IMG/VR virus record: IMGVR_UViG_3300047551_001153
Coordinates: 13,600 to 77,599 of that record
DNA length: 64,000 nt
DNA from: a virus
Direction: 5' to 3' (one strand)
The notes under the pieces are model-generated. The model saw only the letters and a list, made by a program, of their open reading frames with translations. It made no database searches and had not been told where the DNA came from. This document shows positions 13,368 to 24,847 of this stretch, one piece after another (position 1 is the stretch's first letter; every line of letters begins with the position of its first letter). The position numbers and the translations under genes were made by a program.

Positions 13368-16300
13368 ACGGCGATAATCCTAAGGTTCTTGATTTTCGGA
13401 ATGCTTCTTGGGTCTTTCCCTGTTGTCGTAGCATTTGATGAGTACATTACAATCTTTATCGAGAAGGCACGGAACTTCGAAAGGGATTGCTTTGAGAATG
13501 TTATTTCACGGAAGGTGTCTGGATTTGAAGAATATCCTATTGATGCGGCTGTGGTTGGGGACAATTGTTGATAACTGATATTTGTGAAATCAGACTCACC
13601 GATGGGCATGGGTCTGACAAACACCTGTATTGTGGAATCGGGAGGATTGCTGAGTGCCATCTGGACATAGATGTCTGTGGCTTCAAAACCCTCTTCCAAG
13701 ATAACCTGCTTGGTGATATAACGAGCCGCACTTCTATTGTCAGCGGTCGCCCCAAGATTTGTCGGATTCAACTCATAGTTAAGATTCAAATCAGTATTAT
13801 TGTTTATGTTATTTTTTACGATCAGGAAGTGTGAACTTTCAGAATCCACAACGGGTGACACATAAGCATTACCGTAAAGTTTCATCTTCAGATTTGTAAA
13901 GTTGGTCGATGCGGTTTTCTCTCGTGAGGCGGCGGCGATTGCGGGTCTATCGAAGTTCTTATTCGCCTGAACAAGGGTAGCCGATGTATTCAACAAGCCA
14001 TCTTCCTCAAAGATTATATTCGTGGAGGAGGGCAGAATATGATTGACATTGATTCTACCCACATCGAAGAAGGTGCTTCCCGCATAAGATCCTGCGTCAT
14101 TTCGATATGTACACTCTCCGCTTTGTGGTGAGAATATGCAAACTCCGAGAGAGAATCTCAGGGATTCGTTGTCGTTCTTCTTAAGCGAACCAGTATTTTG
14201 AGGAGTAAACAAACTTCTGATTCCGGGTTGCTTTGTGGCTTTTCTGTCCGCAACGCCAGTTGTCAGGTTTATAATATTACTACCCACAACCGCCTTGTAA
14301 ACGGTAAACTCAGAACTATTCGTAACCAAACAGATTGCGTATTCGTTTCCGGGCAACAGATAGATTGGACTACTAAAGGTGAATGTCGTTTCGGTAGATC
14401 CGTCCGAACTTGTAGTAATATTGTCCGAATAGAGCGTCTTTTCACCGAATGGAATTATCTTCGATGGGTGTGGATATCCAGAAACGGTGGGTCTGATTTG
14501 AGCAGTTATTGGTATATTATTATCCGTACTCTTCGTTGCAAACGCAATACCCACATTCTTAATGAAAACTCCGTTTGGATACTTTACGGGATCAACAAAG
14601 AATGTCTGACTCATCGGCTCGGTAAATCCGAAGAAGTCGGTCGATAAAAGTTCCGAAAGATTCGATTGAATCTTGTTGGACTTCACGGATCTTCTTCTCG
14701 TATGGGTCGGTCTCGTTGAGAGGATTCCGTCCTCGTTGAGGGTGTCAACTGCTCCAATAGAATTATAAGTAGCGTCAGCCGCCATTGTGGACTGAGATAC
14801 GGTATTCGTACTGCTGTCCGTGATTCTGAAATTTCTTCTTCCTGTGAGGAAGTTATTCACTGTATCGCCAGTAGCACCACGATATTGAACCGTGCAATAC
14901 CCCTTAGAATCTGTCTTCTGTGAAGATCCCGTGCAATACGCTGTAATATCAATATTGTCAAGGAACACATAGAAAGTAGTGTTTGGCTTGAGTCCCGATG
15001 CCTCAAGCGTTACATTTTGCTTACGGGCATAAGGAATAATATCCTTCTTGATTGTTTTGGTGACAGATTTTCTCTTGATTCCCTCGGGAACACCTGACTT
15101 GTAGGTATTTCCGAGGCTTACTCCTTTATTCTTCGCAACAACGGAGTTCTGAACTGGGAGATTTGGCTTAGTGGTAGTTTCACTTGGAATGTCTCTACCA
15201 TACCAATTTGACTCCCAGTCATTCCATTGAGAACCGAAACCTCCTCCAGAGAAACCCAGACCCTGACCAGAAGCCCATGCGTTATTTTCACCATCCACAT
15301 TGACACGAACAACTGGATTCAGTGCATTACTGAACCAATAATCACCCGATGGTGTAAGTTTCAAGTTTCCAAGATAGTTGACAATAGATGAAGAGTTTAC
15401 AAATTCAGTATCCGTGGCAAGAACTTGATTGATTTCTGAGCGCAATGTATATGGAAGAGTTATGATTCCGTCTTCGGAAACCGTAAGCGTGTTTGTTCTT
15501 GATCCATATGGACCAGTAAATCCAAATACTCTATGCTCAAATGGCGGACGAAGTTCATTCTTTTCAAAGTCTATCGAGGCGGCATACATTAGATTGGTGA
15601 CATCACCAATGTTGTGTCCTTTGAATTGATCAACCAAAATACCCTTTTTGGGCATTTCGATGCCATCGGAGTCAACAATAGAAAGTGTCTTTGCTTCTTG
15701 TTCAAGCAATGAAAGCGTAGTGTAATATTCAACTGCCTCGATACGCTTTTCCAACTCACCGATGTCACGCATCGTGTATCTACGATTGTCCACATATCTC
15801 AAAGATGTATCGTCTTTATCGTATGTGTATGGATTTAATGTAATATTATAAAGTGTCATCGCATTGGGATCGTCAGGGGGAGTTATTGCATCAAGGCTCG
15901 GAACTCCCTGTATGACCGAGAATGTTCTATCTCTCTTCAATACGATTTTATCTGTTCGTGGTAAATAATGAGTGTAAGAAAACTCATTATCGTTTGCTAC
16001 GGTATTTGTCGGTATCCAAGGAACGCCTGTTGTTCCTGTGCTTCCGCTCGGGCCTCTATCGGGTCTGAAATCAATCACATCCGCCAAGTTATAAGTTTTT
16101 CCTGTAGTTCTGCTTGTGTAGTCTGGTATATCTGAGTAATTTACTCCAGAATATGAATCCACTGTAAATGGGCCGACTCCTGAGTGATTAAATCGCTTAA
16201 TAGTGGCCCAGTAAGGTCCCGTCACCGCAGTAATTCCTGCGTTCAAGACCATTCTCGACCAATCATAAATGTTGTCTCTTTGACCGCTGTCGAATGTAAA

Positions 16301-18379
16301 ATAATTTTTAACCTGTGTGGTGGTAGTGTCGTAAACTCCCGTAAGTGAAATTACCTCATAAACATCAGTTTTTCCACCGAAGTAAAGAACGCTGTTTCCG
16401 TATTGATCACTCGTTAGACCTGAGAAAAATCCAGTAAAACCACCCGCATTTCCAGATAAACTCTCAGTCACGGAACTCTTGGATCGTTTGAATGTGGATA
16501 TATCATTGATGTCTATACTTGTGGTAATGAAAATAGTGTTACTATGAGTCACACCTTTACCTCTAAGGGTGACATTAATTGTTCCATCTGCGGTTCTTAT
16601 AGCGGTTCCGCCGACTGCTCCATTTCTATCAAAAGCCATCAAGTTGTCATCTGAGTTTATGGTCGTTATAACTGAGGGCGAAATAGAGAATCTTGATCCA
16701 GCATTAACCGTATATGTTTGTGCATACAAATCAAAGTTTGCGCTGACTATACCCCCAGATGATGTAAATTGAGAGGATGTTGGTGTTGTATTAAAAAACT
16801 TAAAGTGCCCCGCAACCGCATAATCTGCGCTTGTTATGGTTTTAACTCTACTACCAGATGGGACAATGTATAAAAGGTCTCCATCTTTTGTGTTTTGAAG
16901 TCCGACTGTTCCTGTTATAGAAAATGCGTGAGACGCTCCCGATGGTTCTGTAAAAATTCGTGTTGTGTCGTTGAAGGATGATGGGCCAGTCATTTCAACA
17001 TTGTAAAGATACAAATTAAATATGTTTCCAGTATCCCATTCTATACCACGAACTCTGGCCGTTCCTATTCTTTGTTGTGTGGATGCACTAAGTCCAGAAC
17101 TAAGATAGACTAATTGCTGTTGATCAAATCCAGTAAAACTGTGTATTGATGCGGTAATGCCAGAAAACTCAACTTGACAGTATGGGCCGACACCACGATT
17201 GAAATCAACCGTTGTAAGAGTTCTTTCGTGTGTTGATGTTCTTGCGGCTTCCAATTCAAGTCGAGTGTTTGATTGCGTTTCAAACTCATACCCAAATACA
17301 TAAGCCTTACCCGGCTCAAGATCGGCGAAAATCGAGCCTGTCTCTCCGCTGTTAGTTATACCCACACCGTTCACGAGGTTCACTTCAAAAGGACGAACCG
17401 TGTAGTTTCCAGATTCATCGAATGTTCTTCTGGCAAGAGACTCTTCCAATACGGCATACTCTGGATACTTCTCAATCTTGATTGGAGAGCCATCAACCAA
17501 TCGAATAAATTCAATGAAATCGGTTCTTGAGAAGTTATCGACTGCGCTTGTGTTTGTTGCGGTATACCCAGATTGAGCGATATTCAAATCAATCTGGAAT
17601 CTATCCGCACCCGGTGCATTATAGTTGTATGAGCCATATGCGGGATCTTTGAGGGTGGTATCCGTGTCGGCATCTACAAAACTCTTATCAACCGAGAACC
17701 CAATTCGTGTGTTTGGGCTGTCAAACCATCTGACTTGACTGCCGCCTGGCCCGCTAAGACCATATGCGCCGATCTTTTGAGCCTCATGATAAACAAAGAA
17801 GCCTTCAGCAAAGCGAACGCCCTCATCGACTGAAACAACCAGAGCGTTTCCGACAGGGGGTGGACTTGAATTTACCACAGAAGTTCCCGTTACGCTAAAT
17901 GCAATCAGGGTGTCATTTGCGGCGGTTCCTTCGATTCTACTGCCATAAACGAAACCCGTGCCACCATCAAGGTAGTCAAAAAACACAACGGCAAAATTAT
18001 CAACCGAGGATGTTGTCAACCCGTATTCAGCGTGTACGATTCTTGCTCTGGCGGTCGTAGCACCTCTGGCGACAACGCCGATAAAATCCTTGACATCGGT
18101 TGTTCCCGAGAGGCCCATGACACGGGCATATTTCAAACTGTTTACATTTATTTTTCCGCCACTTACAATACTTCCCTCTTCAAAAACATGGTCGCCGAAT
18201 CGCTCAATTTGATTCTGGAGAATGGTTTGAACCTGAGTAAGTTCACGAGCCTGAACGCCATATCCAGGGCGGAACATGATACGCAGGAATTTCTTCTGTT
18301 CGTTGAAGTCATCGTAATACGGATCGGTATTGAAAAGTTCTGGTATATAAGATGGCATTTTTTCTACCTTATAACTCAA
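13364..18379 (-). CDS. Large virion structural protein, VrlC-like / DUF4815-type
   Basis: 'PYYDDF...K.F.RI.FRPG..VQARELTQ.Q.ILQNQIE.FG.H.F', 'NYNAPGADR', 'LARRTFDESGNY.V.PF', 'RYTMRDIG.LEKRI..VEYYT.LSLLE'. Confidence 0.9.
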   Translation of the reverse strand: MSYKVEKMPSYIPELFNTDPYYDDFNEQKKFLRIMFRPGYGVQARELTQVQTILQNQIERFGDHVFEEGSIVSGGKINVNSLKYARVMGLSGTTDVKDFIGVVARGATTARARIVHAEYGLTTSSVDNFAVVFFDYLDGGTGFVYGSRIEGTAANDTLIAFSVTGTSVVNSSPPPVGNALVVSVDEGVRFAEGFFVYHEAQKIGAYGLSGPGGSQVRWFDSPNTRIGFSVDKSFVDADTDTTLKDPAYGSYNYNAPGADRFQIDLNIAQSGYTATNTSAVDNFSRTDFIEFIRLVDGSPIKIEKYPEYAVLEESLARRTFDESGNYTVRPFEVNLVNGVGITNSGETGSIFADLEPGKAYVFGYEFETQSNTRLELEAARTSTHERTLTTVDFNRGVGPYCQVEFSGITASIHSFTGFDQQQLVYLSSGLSASTQQRIGTARVRGIEWDTGNIFNLYLYNVEMTGPSSFNDTTRIFTEPSGASHAFSITGTVGLQNTKDGDLLYIVPSGSRVKTITSADYAVAGHFKFFNTTPTSSQFTSSGGIVSANFDLYAQTYTVNAGSRFSISPSVITTINSDDNLMAFDRNGAVGGTAIRTADGTINVTLRGKGVTHSNTIFITTSIDINDISTFKRSKSSVTESLSGNAGGFTGFFSGLTSDQYGNSVLYFGGKTDVYEVISLTGVYDTTTTQVKNYFTFDSGQRDNIYDWSRMVLNAGITAVTGPYWATIKRFNHSGVGPFTVDSYSGVNYSDIPDYTSRTTGKTYNLADVIDFRPDRGPSGSTGTTGVPWIPTNTVANDNEFSYTHYLPRTDKIVLKRDRTFSVIQGVPSLDAITPPDDPNAMTLYNITLNPYTYDKDDTSLRYVDNRRYTMRDIGELEKRIEAVEYYTTLSLLEQEAKTLSIVDSDGIEMPKKGILVDQFKGHNIGDVTNLMYAASIDFEKNELRPPFEHRVFGFTGPYGSRTNTLTVSEDGIITLPYTLRSEINQVLATDTEFVNSSSIVNYLGNLKLTPSGDYWFSNALNPVVRVNVDGENNAWASGQGLGFSGGGFGSQWNDWESNWYGRDIPSETTTKPNLPVQNSVVAKNKGVSLGNTYKSGVPEGIKRKSVTKTIKKDIIPYARKQNVTLEASGLKPNTTFYVFLDNIDITAYCTGSSQKTDSKGYCTVQYRGATGDTVNNFLTGRRNFRITDSSTNTVSQSTMAADATYNSIGAVDTLNEDGILSTRPTHTRRRSVKSNKIQSNLSELLSTDFFGFTEPMSQTFFVDPVKYPNGVFIKNVGIAFATKSTDNNIPITAQIRPTVSGYPHPSKIIPFGEKTLYSDNITTSSDGSTETTFTFSSPIYLLPGNEYAICLVTNSSEFTVYKAVVGSNIINLTTGVADRKATKQPGIRSLFTPQNTGSLKKNDNESLRFSLGVCIFSPQSGECTYRNDAGSYAGSTFFDVGRINVNHILPSSTNIIFEEDGLLNTSATLVQANKNFDRPAIAAASREKTASTNFTNLKMKLYGNAYVSPVVDSESSHFLIVKNNINNNTDLNLNYELNPTNLGATADNRSAARYITKQVILEEGFEATDIYVQMALSNPPDSTIQVFVRPMPIGESDFTNISYQQLSPTTAASIGYSSNPDTFREITFSKQSLSKFRAFSIKIVMYSSNATTTGKDPRSIPKIKNLRIIAV

Positions 18380-20711
18380 TTACGAGTTTAATTTCTTCTC
18401 TCTGTTCTAAATCTCTAAGAACTGGATTCATATTTTGTATGTATAGAATATCGCCAGACCTAAATTTCAACTCACCCTTATGGCTGATGGTTGTAATTTG
18501 AGCGTTTGTGGTTGATGTATTTCCTGATGGGCCTATTACGACATAATCAACATTTTGACCAACTGCGACATTTCCCTGCAATCCTGCGAGGCGAATATCG
18601 CCATAAGTTCCACCTGTTGACGGAACCCAGTCAATAATGTATCCATTCGCAATAGTCAATCCCGTTGAGAAATAAACCTGAGAGTCGGCGAGGAATGAAT
18701 CTTCATCAAAATTCGTCCCACTGACTCTAACGGTTGTGGTTAGGTCGTAGACTGAGGGAACATTTTCAAGTTCCGTGGATATAGAGGTTATTCTCCCTGG
18801 CCCAGAAAATCCGTTCCCGACAACTTCAAACTTTGGAGTCATTTGGAGGACTGTTTCGTTGAGATCGAATCTGCCTTTCGGGAACTCCAGTGACAATATT
18901 CCCGATTTTCCAGACTCATCGGGAGACCAACCGCAAATCTGACCACTTGAATATGATTTTCCGACATTTAAAACTGTATTTCCTACGCCATGTGCGTAGT
19001 AATTCTTGCTATAATCTGACCCATCGTCCGCAAAATCCGAGCCGACCGAGGCCAGTCTGAGATTGAGTAAATGCCTTCCCTCTTGTCCAGCCCGAGTTAT
19101 TTCTCTTACATCAAAAATTTTGAAACCGGGGGCAAAGGTTGCACCCATGGCAAATGTGGGTCCAATTATGTTGTTCAAGACAAGTTCACTGGTTCCACTA
19201 ACACCATCCTTACCTTTACACCACTCTAATATTGTACCTATCGCACCCGTGCCTGTATTACCCCCGCCCGCAGTTCCGCCAACTGAGAAAGAACCAGTGA
19301 TACCAGACTGATAGAATTTCAGTCTGAATTGCTTACTTTGCAATAAAGGATTTCTCAATATACCGAACTGCCTAAAGTCATTATCAGTGTCCACTTTACC
19401 CGATTCTTCACGATCATATTCGGCTACAATCATGTAAGCATTTGAACCGAGTTCCTTGACTGGGTTTGCACCGTGGCCACCTGGTGGGGGCATTACGGCA
19501 TGAATCAGATTTGCTATTTTTCGATATGTTGGTGGAGTGTAAGATAGAGCGGTTACGCCCTTGGGCACATCAAGGTTTGCAAACGAATAATCTTTTCCTC
19601 CATTGATTATCTCTATTCCAGAGATCAATCTTGCCTCATAGGTATTGCACACATTTGTCGCCGCCGAATCCGCTGTTGATCCAAATTTCAAGGCTAAATC
19701 GGCTGTGGTAATATATGGATTTACGGTGCTTGTTCCAAATCCATCACCAGAAACCAAAACTCTGGGTTGAATGCTAAACAGGGATACATTACTTCCTGCT
19801 TCGGAACTGGAAAGACCTGTTGTTAATTCGTCTACATTGATTCTTCCATATCCACCGATAGAATTCCAAGTATAAGATTTGATAACTCGTCTTTGGCCCT
19901 GTCCCGCTCCGCTGTCAACACTAAAAATCATGTCCTTGTATTTTTCGGCTGTGGGCACTAAATCAGGAGATGATATGTCGATGTATGTTGCGCCCGCTGG
20001 AACCGTAATAGCAACAAGATTCGTTCCACTTGGGAATATACAGTCGTCCGTGCTTACCCAGTAAATTTTTGCCGCATCGTCTGCGTATGCAAAATCAATT
20101 TTTCCATTTACTGCGTTTTGTTGAACAAGCCATTGCAGTCTTCGCTCATCGTTTGGCTGTAAGTATTCGATATATTCAACTGGCATATAACCGATGGCAC
20201 GAGCATCGGATTTTGTCAAAAATTTTCTTTTGGTTTCAGTTATTTCGTATAAAAATTTCCAACGATATCCATCCGCCAGTTTTCGAACCAATGAATCGGT
20301 ATGGGTGGGTGGATACAGAGATTGGGAATTATTATTGTTGTCAATACAGATGTAAACTCGCTGATCATCAACTAAAGCGTAAAAATCGGCGGGTTTCAGA
20401 TCATCAAATAAGTCAACATCATCCCTATAGGCATCGAATACCTTACCTGGATTCCAATCAATTCTTCGAACAACAAGAGACACATCGTCTCTGTTGATTC
20501 TTTTGGCGGCAATCATGCCCCTCCAAAAATCAGTATCATCTTTGACCGAATCAATTGACGGTATTCTGTTGTCGTTTGTGACACCCCATTGAGTAATTTT
20601 TCCAATAGACAAATAGAGATTTTCTTCCGAAATATCGCTGTATTCGTCTAATAGCGTTTCCATGATGAAACGCTTGTGATTTTGTCGAAATGGGTCGCAA
20701 CTTCTGGGCAT
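18369..20711 (-). CDS. gp8: Baseplate wedge subunit
   Basis: 'MIAAKRI...DV..VVRR.DW', 'VYICIDN', 'DGYRWKFLY', 'PPGGHGANPVKELG', 'NDFRQFGILRNP', 'SGDILYI.N..P..R..EQ.EEIKLVI'. Confidence 0.9.
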   Translation of the reverse strand: MPRSCDPFRQNHKRFIMETLLDEYSDISEENLYLSIGKITQWGVTNDNRIPSIDSVKDDTDFWRGMIAAKRINRDDVSLVVRRIDWNPGKVFDAYRDDVDLFDDLKPADFYALVDDQRVYICIDNNNNSQSLYPPTHTDSLVRKLADGYRWKFLYEITETKRKFLTKSDARAIGYMPVEYIEYLQPNDERRLQWLVQQNAVNGKIDFAYADDAAKIYWVSTDDCIFPSGTNLVAITVPAGATYIDISSPDLVPTAEKYKDMIFSVDSGAGQGQRRVIKSYTWNSIGGYGRINVDELTTGLSSSEAGSNVSLFSIQPRVLVSGDGFGTSTVNPYITTADLALKFGSTADSAATNVCNTYEARLISGIEIINGGKDYSFANLDVPKGVTALSYTPPTYRKIANLIHAVMPPPGGHGANPVKELGSNAYMIVAEYDREESGKVDTDNDFRQFGILRNPLLQSKQFRLKFYQSGITGSFSVGGTAGGGNTGTGAIGTILEWCKGKDGVSGTSELVLNNIIGPTFAMGATFAPGFKIFDVREITRAGQEGRHLLNLRLASVGSDFADDGSDYSKNYYAHGVGNTVLNVGKSYSSGQICGWSPDESGKSGILSLEFPKGRFDLNETVLQMTPKFEVVGNGFSGPGRITSISTELENVPSVYDLTTTVRVSGTNFDEDSFLADSQVYFSTGLTIANGYIIDWVPSTGGTYGDIRLAGLQGNVAVGQNVDYVVIGPSGNTSTTNAQITTISHKGELKFRSGDILYIQNMNPVLRDLEQREEIKLVIEL

Positions 20712-20745
20712 GGGTTTCTACTATTTATAGTGGGTTATGTGACTA

Positions 20746-22914
20746 TTACGGATCGGTATCAATGTAAAGAATCACAATCGAATCAGATGGAACTAAAGGT
20801 GTCTTTTTACCATTTTCTGTCAAAGCATTTATTTGTATTCTATGTAAACCATAACTGGGGCTGGCGAACCTGCCCGTTCTTTGCTCAAGTGTCATTTTGG
20901 GGCCGATATTCGTAGCAGGTCTTCCGTCAACTAAAACTTCAATTTCAACCACTTTATCAGATGCGGGTAAAACCCTATTGTTTTCTCCATTTTCAACCGA
21001 TATGGTCACCACCAAATCGTCCGCAGTTACCACTTCTCCATTTTTGGGACTGGCAATGGATATTGATGGGGGACTGATGTCATTGAAGTCGTATCGGCAA
21101 TCAAAGGGAATACCCACGGGCATCTCAAAGAAACTTCTGGCCGTTATTTTTCTGAATTCGGATGTGGGGGAATACTTCAAGAATGTGTATTTACTATCGA
21201 CAGGTTCGGCGGAATAGAAGTCGGCAGTCCATCCAGTCGCACCGATTCCACCCGTAATCGTGCAGAATTCATCCCATTTCCATCCGAACTCTGGGTTTCC
21301 GACAACCTGATTTTTCCATATTCTGGCCAAAACAGGTTCTGTAATTTTTCGATTTGGGTGTTCATAAATGATCCAGAAAGGATCAGCGTATTTTCTGGCA
21401 GGCTCGCCCAAAGGTCTGAACTGACCTCTGTCTTCGTAAATCGGTTGGCTCGGAATCGAAAAACTTGGTAATGTATTCGTCGGGAGCGAGAACGGTGGAA
21501 CTGAGAGGTATGATGCTCTTGAATCAAATATTCTGAAAGGAACACCGCTCGATATTGGATTTCCCGGTATTGAAATGTTTTGTATCAATTCGTTATGGAA
21601 GAAGGGCATATACCCTTCAGCCGTAAGTGATCCCGGAAGTCCATCGTAAAGTTCATCCTCGTAACGAGTGAACCAATCTTGTAAATTGTCGTATGTCTTG
21701 AATGTATATGGCGCATAGTGTCCGATTATTGGAACTTCGTACCTAATCATTGCGGAGGCGTTACGAATATCGTCCTGAGCGCATCGTTTAATCAAGACTT
21801 GACCGAACATCGCCATTCCTGCTGGGTGTGTAAGTCTTCTTATGATTTCACGATACTGATCAATTATAACCTCTGTTTTCAGAACATATGAATAATCCTG
21901 ATAGTAGTGATTATCCTGCAAGACCTTGTTTGTACTCAGTCTTCCGTCATAATTGAGGTAGTAACCTTCAGATTTGCATAATGAACCAAGAACTGCGGTT
22001 CCAGAAAAACCAGATCCGCCGATAGATTCCACACTAACCGTTGGAGCCAATGAATAATTGATTCCAAAATTTTCAATTCTAATTTTTCTGATTGCGCCCG
22101 TGCTTGATATTGCCGAGACGATTCCTGACGCATCAAAACCAGAATCTCCAGTTGCGGATGTAAATCGAACTGCATCTCCTATCGAATAACCCGATCCTCC
22201 GTTTGTAATACTAACTGAAGACACTACATTATAAATTTTTATTTCGTTGAATGTTTCGCCATCAACATCGAAAGATGCGCCTGAATTTGCAACGAAGTTT
22301 CCGTTTCGATTCGATATCGTGATTTCGGCTACTTCATAAATTCCTTGTTGATATATGTTTACATCAACAACTTTTGCGGATGCTGTAATTTTTCCTGCGG
22401 CGTTTCGTTGATAAACTATCCGTCCGACTGAATCATAGATTCTTTCGCCAAGGGATGTGGTTGTTTTCAGCGCATTCTTTTCATACCATTTACCATCGGA
22501 TGTTCTCAGAATGTCTTTCTTGGGGTAGTAAAACTCCACACCGACATCGTAAAGAATCCTGAACAAGAACTCATATGATTTTTCCGTTCCCTTGCTTCTA
22601 TAGAAAGATTTTATATTCTTTATGAGTCTTTTGATGTCAACAGGCTTTCCTGTCGCATCAGAGATGGCGAGTTTTTCTGGAAAATTGAAGAGATATTCTT
22701 TTTTGAAATGGTCTATGAACTGGTCGATTGTATTATCAACATCTATGACATCACCTAAAGACATCGGACTGAGCAGTTTTCCATCTCTGTCATTGTTCTG
22801 AAGCCACTCGTAATAAGTCTCAAGAAATGAGACAAGAGTTGGATTGTCTACCCGAACAAATTCGGGCAGTTGTGTGCTGACCAACTCTGAAATTTTTCTA
22901 TCTTTGTCAATCAT
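20746..22914 (-). CDS. gp7: Baseplate wedge initiator (gp7-like)
   Basis: 'QLPEFV..D.P..V.FL..YYEW', 'FY.SKGT..SY.FLFRILY', 'LQDN.YYQD.SYVLK', 'HPAGM.MFG'; lies between gp6 and gp8. Confidence 0.8.
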   Translation of the reverse strand: MIDKDRKISELVSTQLPEFVRVDNPTLVSFLETYYEWLQNNDRDGKLLSPMSLGDVIDVDNTIDQFIDHFKKEYLFNFPEKLAISDATGKPVDIKRLIKNIKSFYRSKGTEKSYEFLFRILYDVGVEFYYPKKDILRTSDGKWYEKNALKTTTSLGERIYDSVGRIVYQRNAAGKITASAKVVDVNIYQQGIYEVAEITISNRNGNFVANSGASFDVDGETFNEIKIYNVVSSVSITNGGSGYSIGDAVRFTSATGDSGFDASGIVSAISSTGAIRKIRIENFGINYSLAPTVSVESIGGSGFSGTAVLGSLCKSEGYYLNYDGRLSTNKVLQDNHYYQDYSYVLKTEVIIDQYREIIRRLTHPAGMAMFGQVLIKRCAQDDIRNASAMIRYEVPIIGHYAPYTFKTYDNLQDWFTRYEDELYDGLPGSLTAEGYMPFFHNELIQNISIPGNPISSGVPFRIFDSRASYLSVPPFSLPTNTLPSFSIPSQPIYEDRGQFRPLGEPARKYADPFWIIYEHPNRKITEPVLARIWKNQVVGNPEFGWKWDEFCTITGGIGATGWTADFYSAEPVDSKYTFLKYSPTSEFRKITARSFFEMPVGIPFDCRYDFNDISPPSISIASPKNGEVVTADDLVVTISVENGENNRVLPASDKVVEIEVLVDGRPATNIGPKMTLEQRTGRFASPSYGLHRIQINALTENGKKTPLVPSDSIVILYIDTDP

Positions 22915-22924
22915 GACTTATTAC

Positions 22925-24847
22925 TTATGTGTTGAAAGGAAACCCTCTGTCAGATGCGCCTCTATCAATAACAGTCTTTTCCTCATATACATCTACCTGA
23001 ATCTTGTCATCATTGAATTCCAACACCTGATTTCTTCTCACAAAAATGTCGTTTCTATTTGGAATTACGCTTATTCGAATTTCACTTGAACCATCCAAGA
23101 TTGAAATTGGAGCGAAGTTTTTGAGTGATATTTTTCCAGTTTCATAGTTGATTGTTCCCACATTATCAACCAAATAAACCTTATTTCCATTTACTAACTT
23201 GTATATTCGAACCTTTCCATATCCGTCATCATCAAAATACGCCACAACGCTGGGTTTATTTGCGCTCGTTGAGGCATAGTCTATGTAATAGAAAGCCGTG
23301 GACTCAAGAATAGACGGATATCCATCAATCGGATGTTTAAGTGGATTGTCAAAGTTTATAGTGTATGGAAAACTTTGCCCAAGAACTGGCTCGATTACCT
23401 TTTCAAGAACTAAATCAACATTACTGCTGTTGATTGATGTATCCATTCTATCAATCGTTGCCAAAAACTTGGATGCTCTAAAATTAGATCCAAATTTGTT
23501 CAGATTTTCGTCGCCAAATTCTATCGTTCTATTTCTCAGGCTCGTTGACATTTCCGTGCTTGTTACAAATGTTTTTGAAGAATCAAAATAAACTTTTACT
23601 TTGGGCACGATATATGTTATGTCGGGGTCAACAACCTCTGGGGTTACAGTCAAAATACTTCTGTCTCTTAGGACTGTTCTTGCGATGGACTGCTTCTCGG
23701 TAATTGAAAGTTTCGGAGAATTTTTAGGTTTGATGCTTATGAACACTTTACCATATTGCGGGGGATCGTTTTCCTCTCCGCCCCAAACCAAGAAAGACTC
23801 GGATCTAAGGCTATAATCTCTTGCAAGAAGGGCAAGATAGTCATCTTTTGTCACCGCTCTATCTTGCGCCTGATACGATCTTGGTGCATAATACTTAACT
23901 GATTCGACCTCTTCAGGGCTTTCTCCTCCATAAGATGGCTGAGGTTTTCCTTCATCGTTTACTACAACAGTTGCCTTGTATACCTCATCCACCACGCTAA
24001 ATGTTGGTGTGTTTTCAGAATCGGTTGATCCCACACCATTGCCTAAAGTTCCCTTGGATGAAAGATAAACTATAGTAATCAGATTTCCATTTTCTAATGC
24101 TCTTCCGATGATTCCATCACCAAAATAAATCTCCCATGTTTGATCTTCTGCTTCTTGTAAAAAGAATACAGTCGAATCACCACTTAGTTCCGTGATGTCA
24201 GTTGCCTTTTGCCAGACTTCATCAATGTTTGCTGTGTTTGATACTGATTTTGCAACACGAAGTAAAATAGTGTCCACATCGACATTTTTATCGGTTATTA
24301 AAAATCGTTGATTCGTATCTCGTGTGTTTACGATGTATGACTCTGATTTAAATGCACCCTCATAAATGGTGACATTTCTCGCAACAAACTGATTTCCAAA
24401 CACTTCGACTCTATGGTCACTCAATGTATTGAATGTTACGGTGTCGCCGTTCTGCCCTCTGGTAGTGAACTTAGTTCCACGAGGAATTGTTAGCGAACCA
24501 GACTTTGATCTCAGATTTGCGGTTCGAATATCTTCAGTATTGTTCACCAGATACTCAATATCGACATTTATTCTTGCTGACTTTGTTGATCTGGGGGTAT
24601 AATTTAGGTGCTTGGCGAGAGACACGACCGATGCTCGTTTTCGAGCAGAGTCAAGAAAAGCCTCATTTGCGACCATGTTGGCATAGAAAGCCTGATAGTG
24701 CGTGTTATATGCAAGCAAATCAAGAATGATGTTGAGTGTCGAACCTTCGAAATCGTAATCCTTGAAAGTTTCCTGACCTCTCAAGTAATCCCGAAGACTT
24801 TTCTTGATTAAGTCGAAATCAAGTTGGTCAACTGGTGTGTTAGCCAT
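22925..24847 (-). CDS. gp6: Baseplate wedge subunit
   Basis: 'LDFD.IK..L..YL..Q..F.DYDFEGS', 'LAYNTHY...YANM..NE.FLDSA', 'Q.RAVT..DY', 'WGGEENDPPQYGKVFISIKP'. Confidence 0.95.
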   Translation of the reverse strand: MANTPVDQLDFDLIKKSLRDYLRGQETFKDYDFEGSTLNIILDLLAYNTHYQAFYANMVANEAFLDSARKRASVVSLAKHLNYTPRSTKSARINVDIEYLVNNTEDIRTANLRSKSGSLTIPRGTKFTTRGQNGDTVTFNTLSDHRVEVFGNQFVARNVTIYEGAFKSESYIVNTRDTNQRFLITDKNVDVDTILLRVAKSVSNTANIDEVWQKATDITELSGDSTVFFLQEAEDQTWEIYFGDGIIGRALENGNLITIVYLSSKGTLGNGVGSTDSENTPTFSVVDEVYKATVVVNDEGKPQPSYGGESPEEVESVKYYAPRSYQAQDRAVTKDDYLALLARDYSLRSESFLVWGGEENDPPQYGKVFISIKPKNSPKLSITEKQSIARTVLRDRSILTVTPEVVDPDITYIVPKVKVYFDSSKTFVTSTEMSTSLRNRTIEFGDENLNKFGSNFRASKFLATIDRMDTSINSSNVDLVLEKVIEPVLGQSFPYTINFDNPLKHPIDGYPSILESTAFYYIDYASTSANKPSVVAYFDDDGYGKVRIYKLVNGNKVYLVDNVGTINYETGKISLKNFAPISILDGSSEIRISVIPNRNDIFVRRNQVLEFNDDKIQVDVYEEKTVIDRGASDRGFPFNT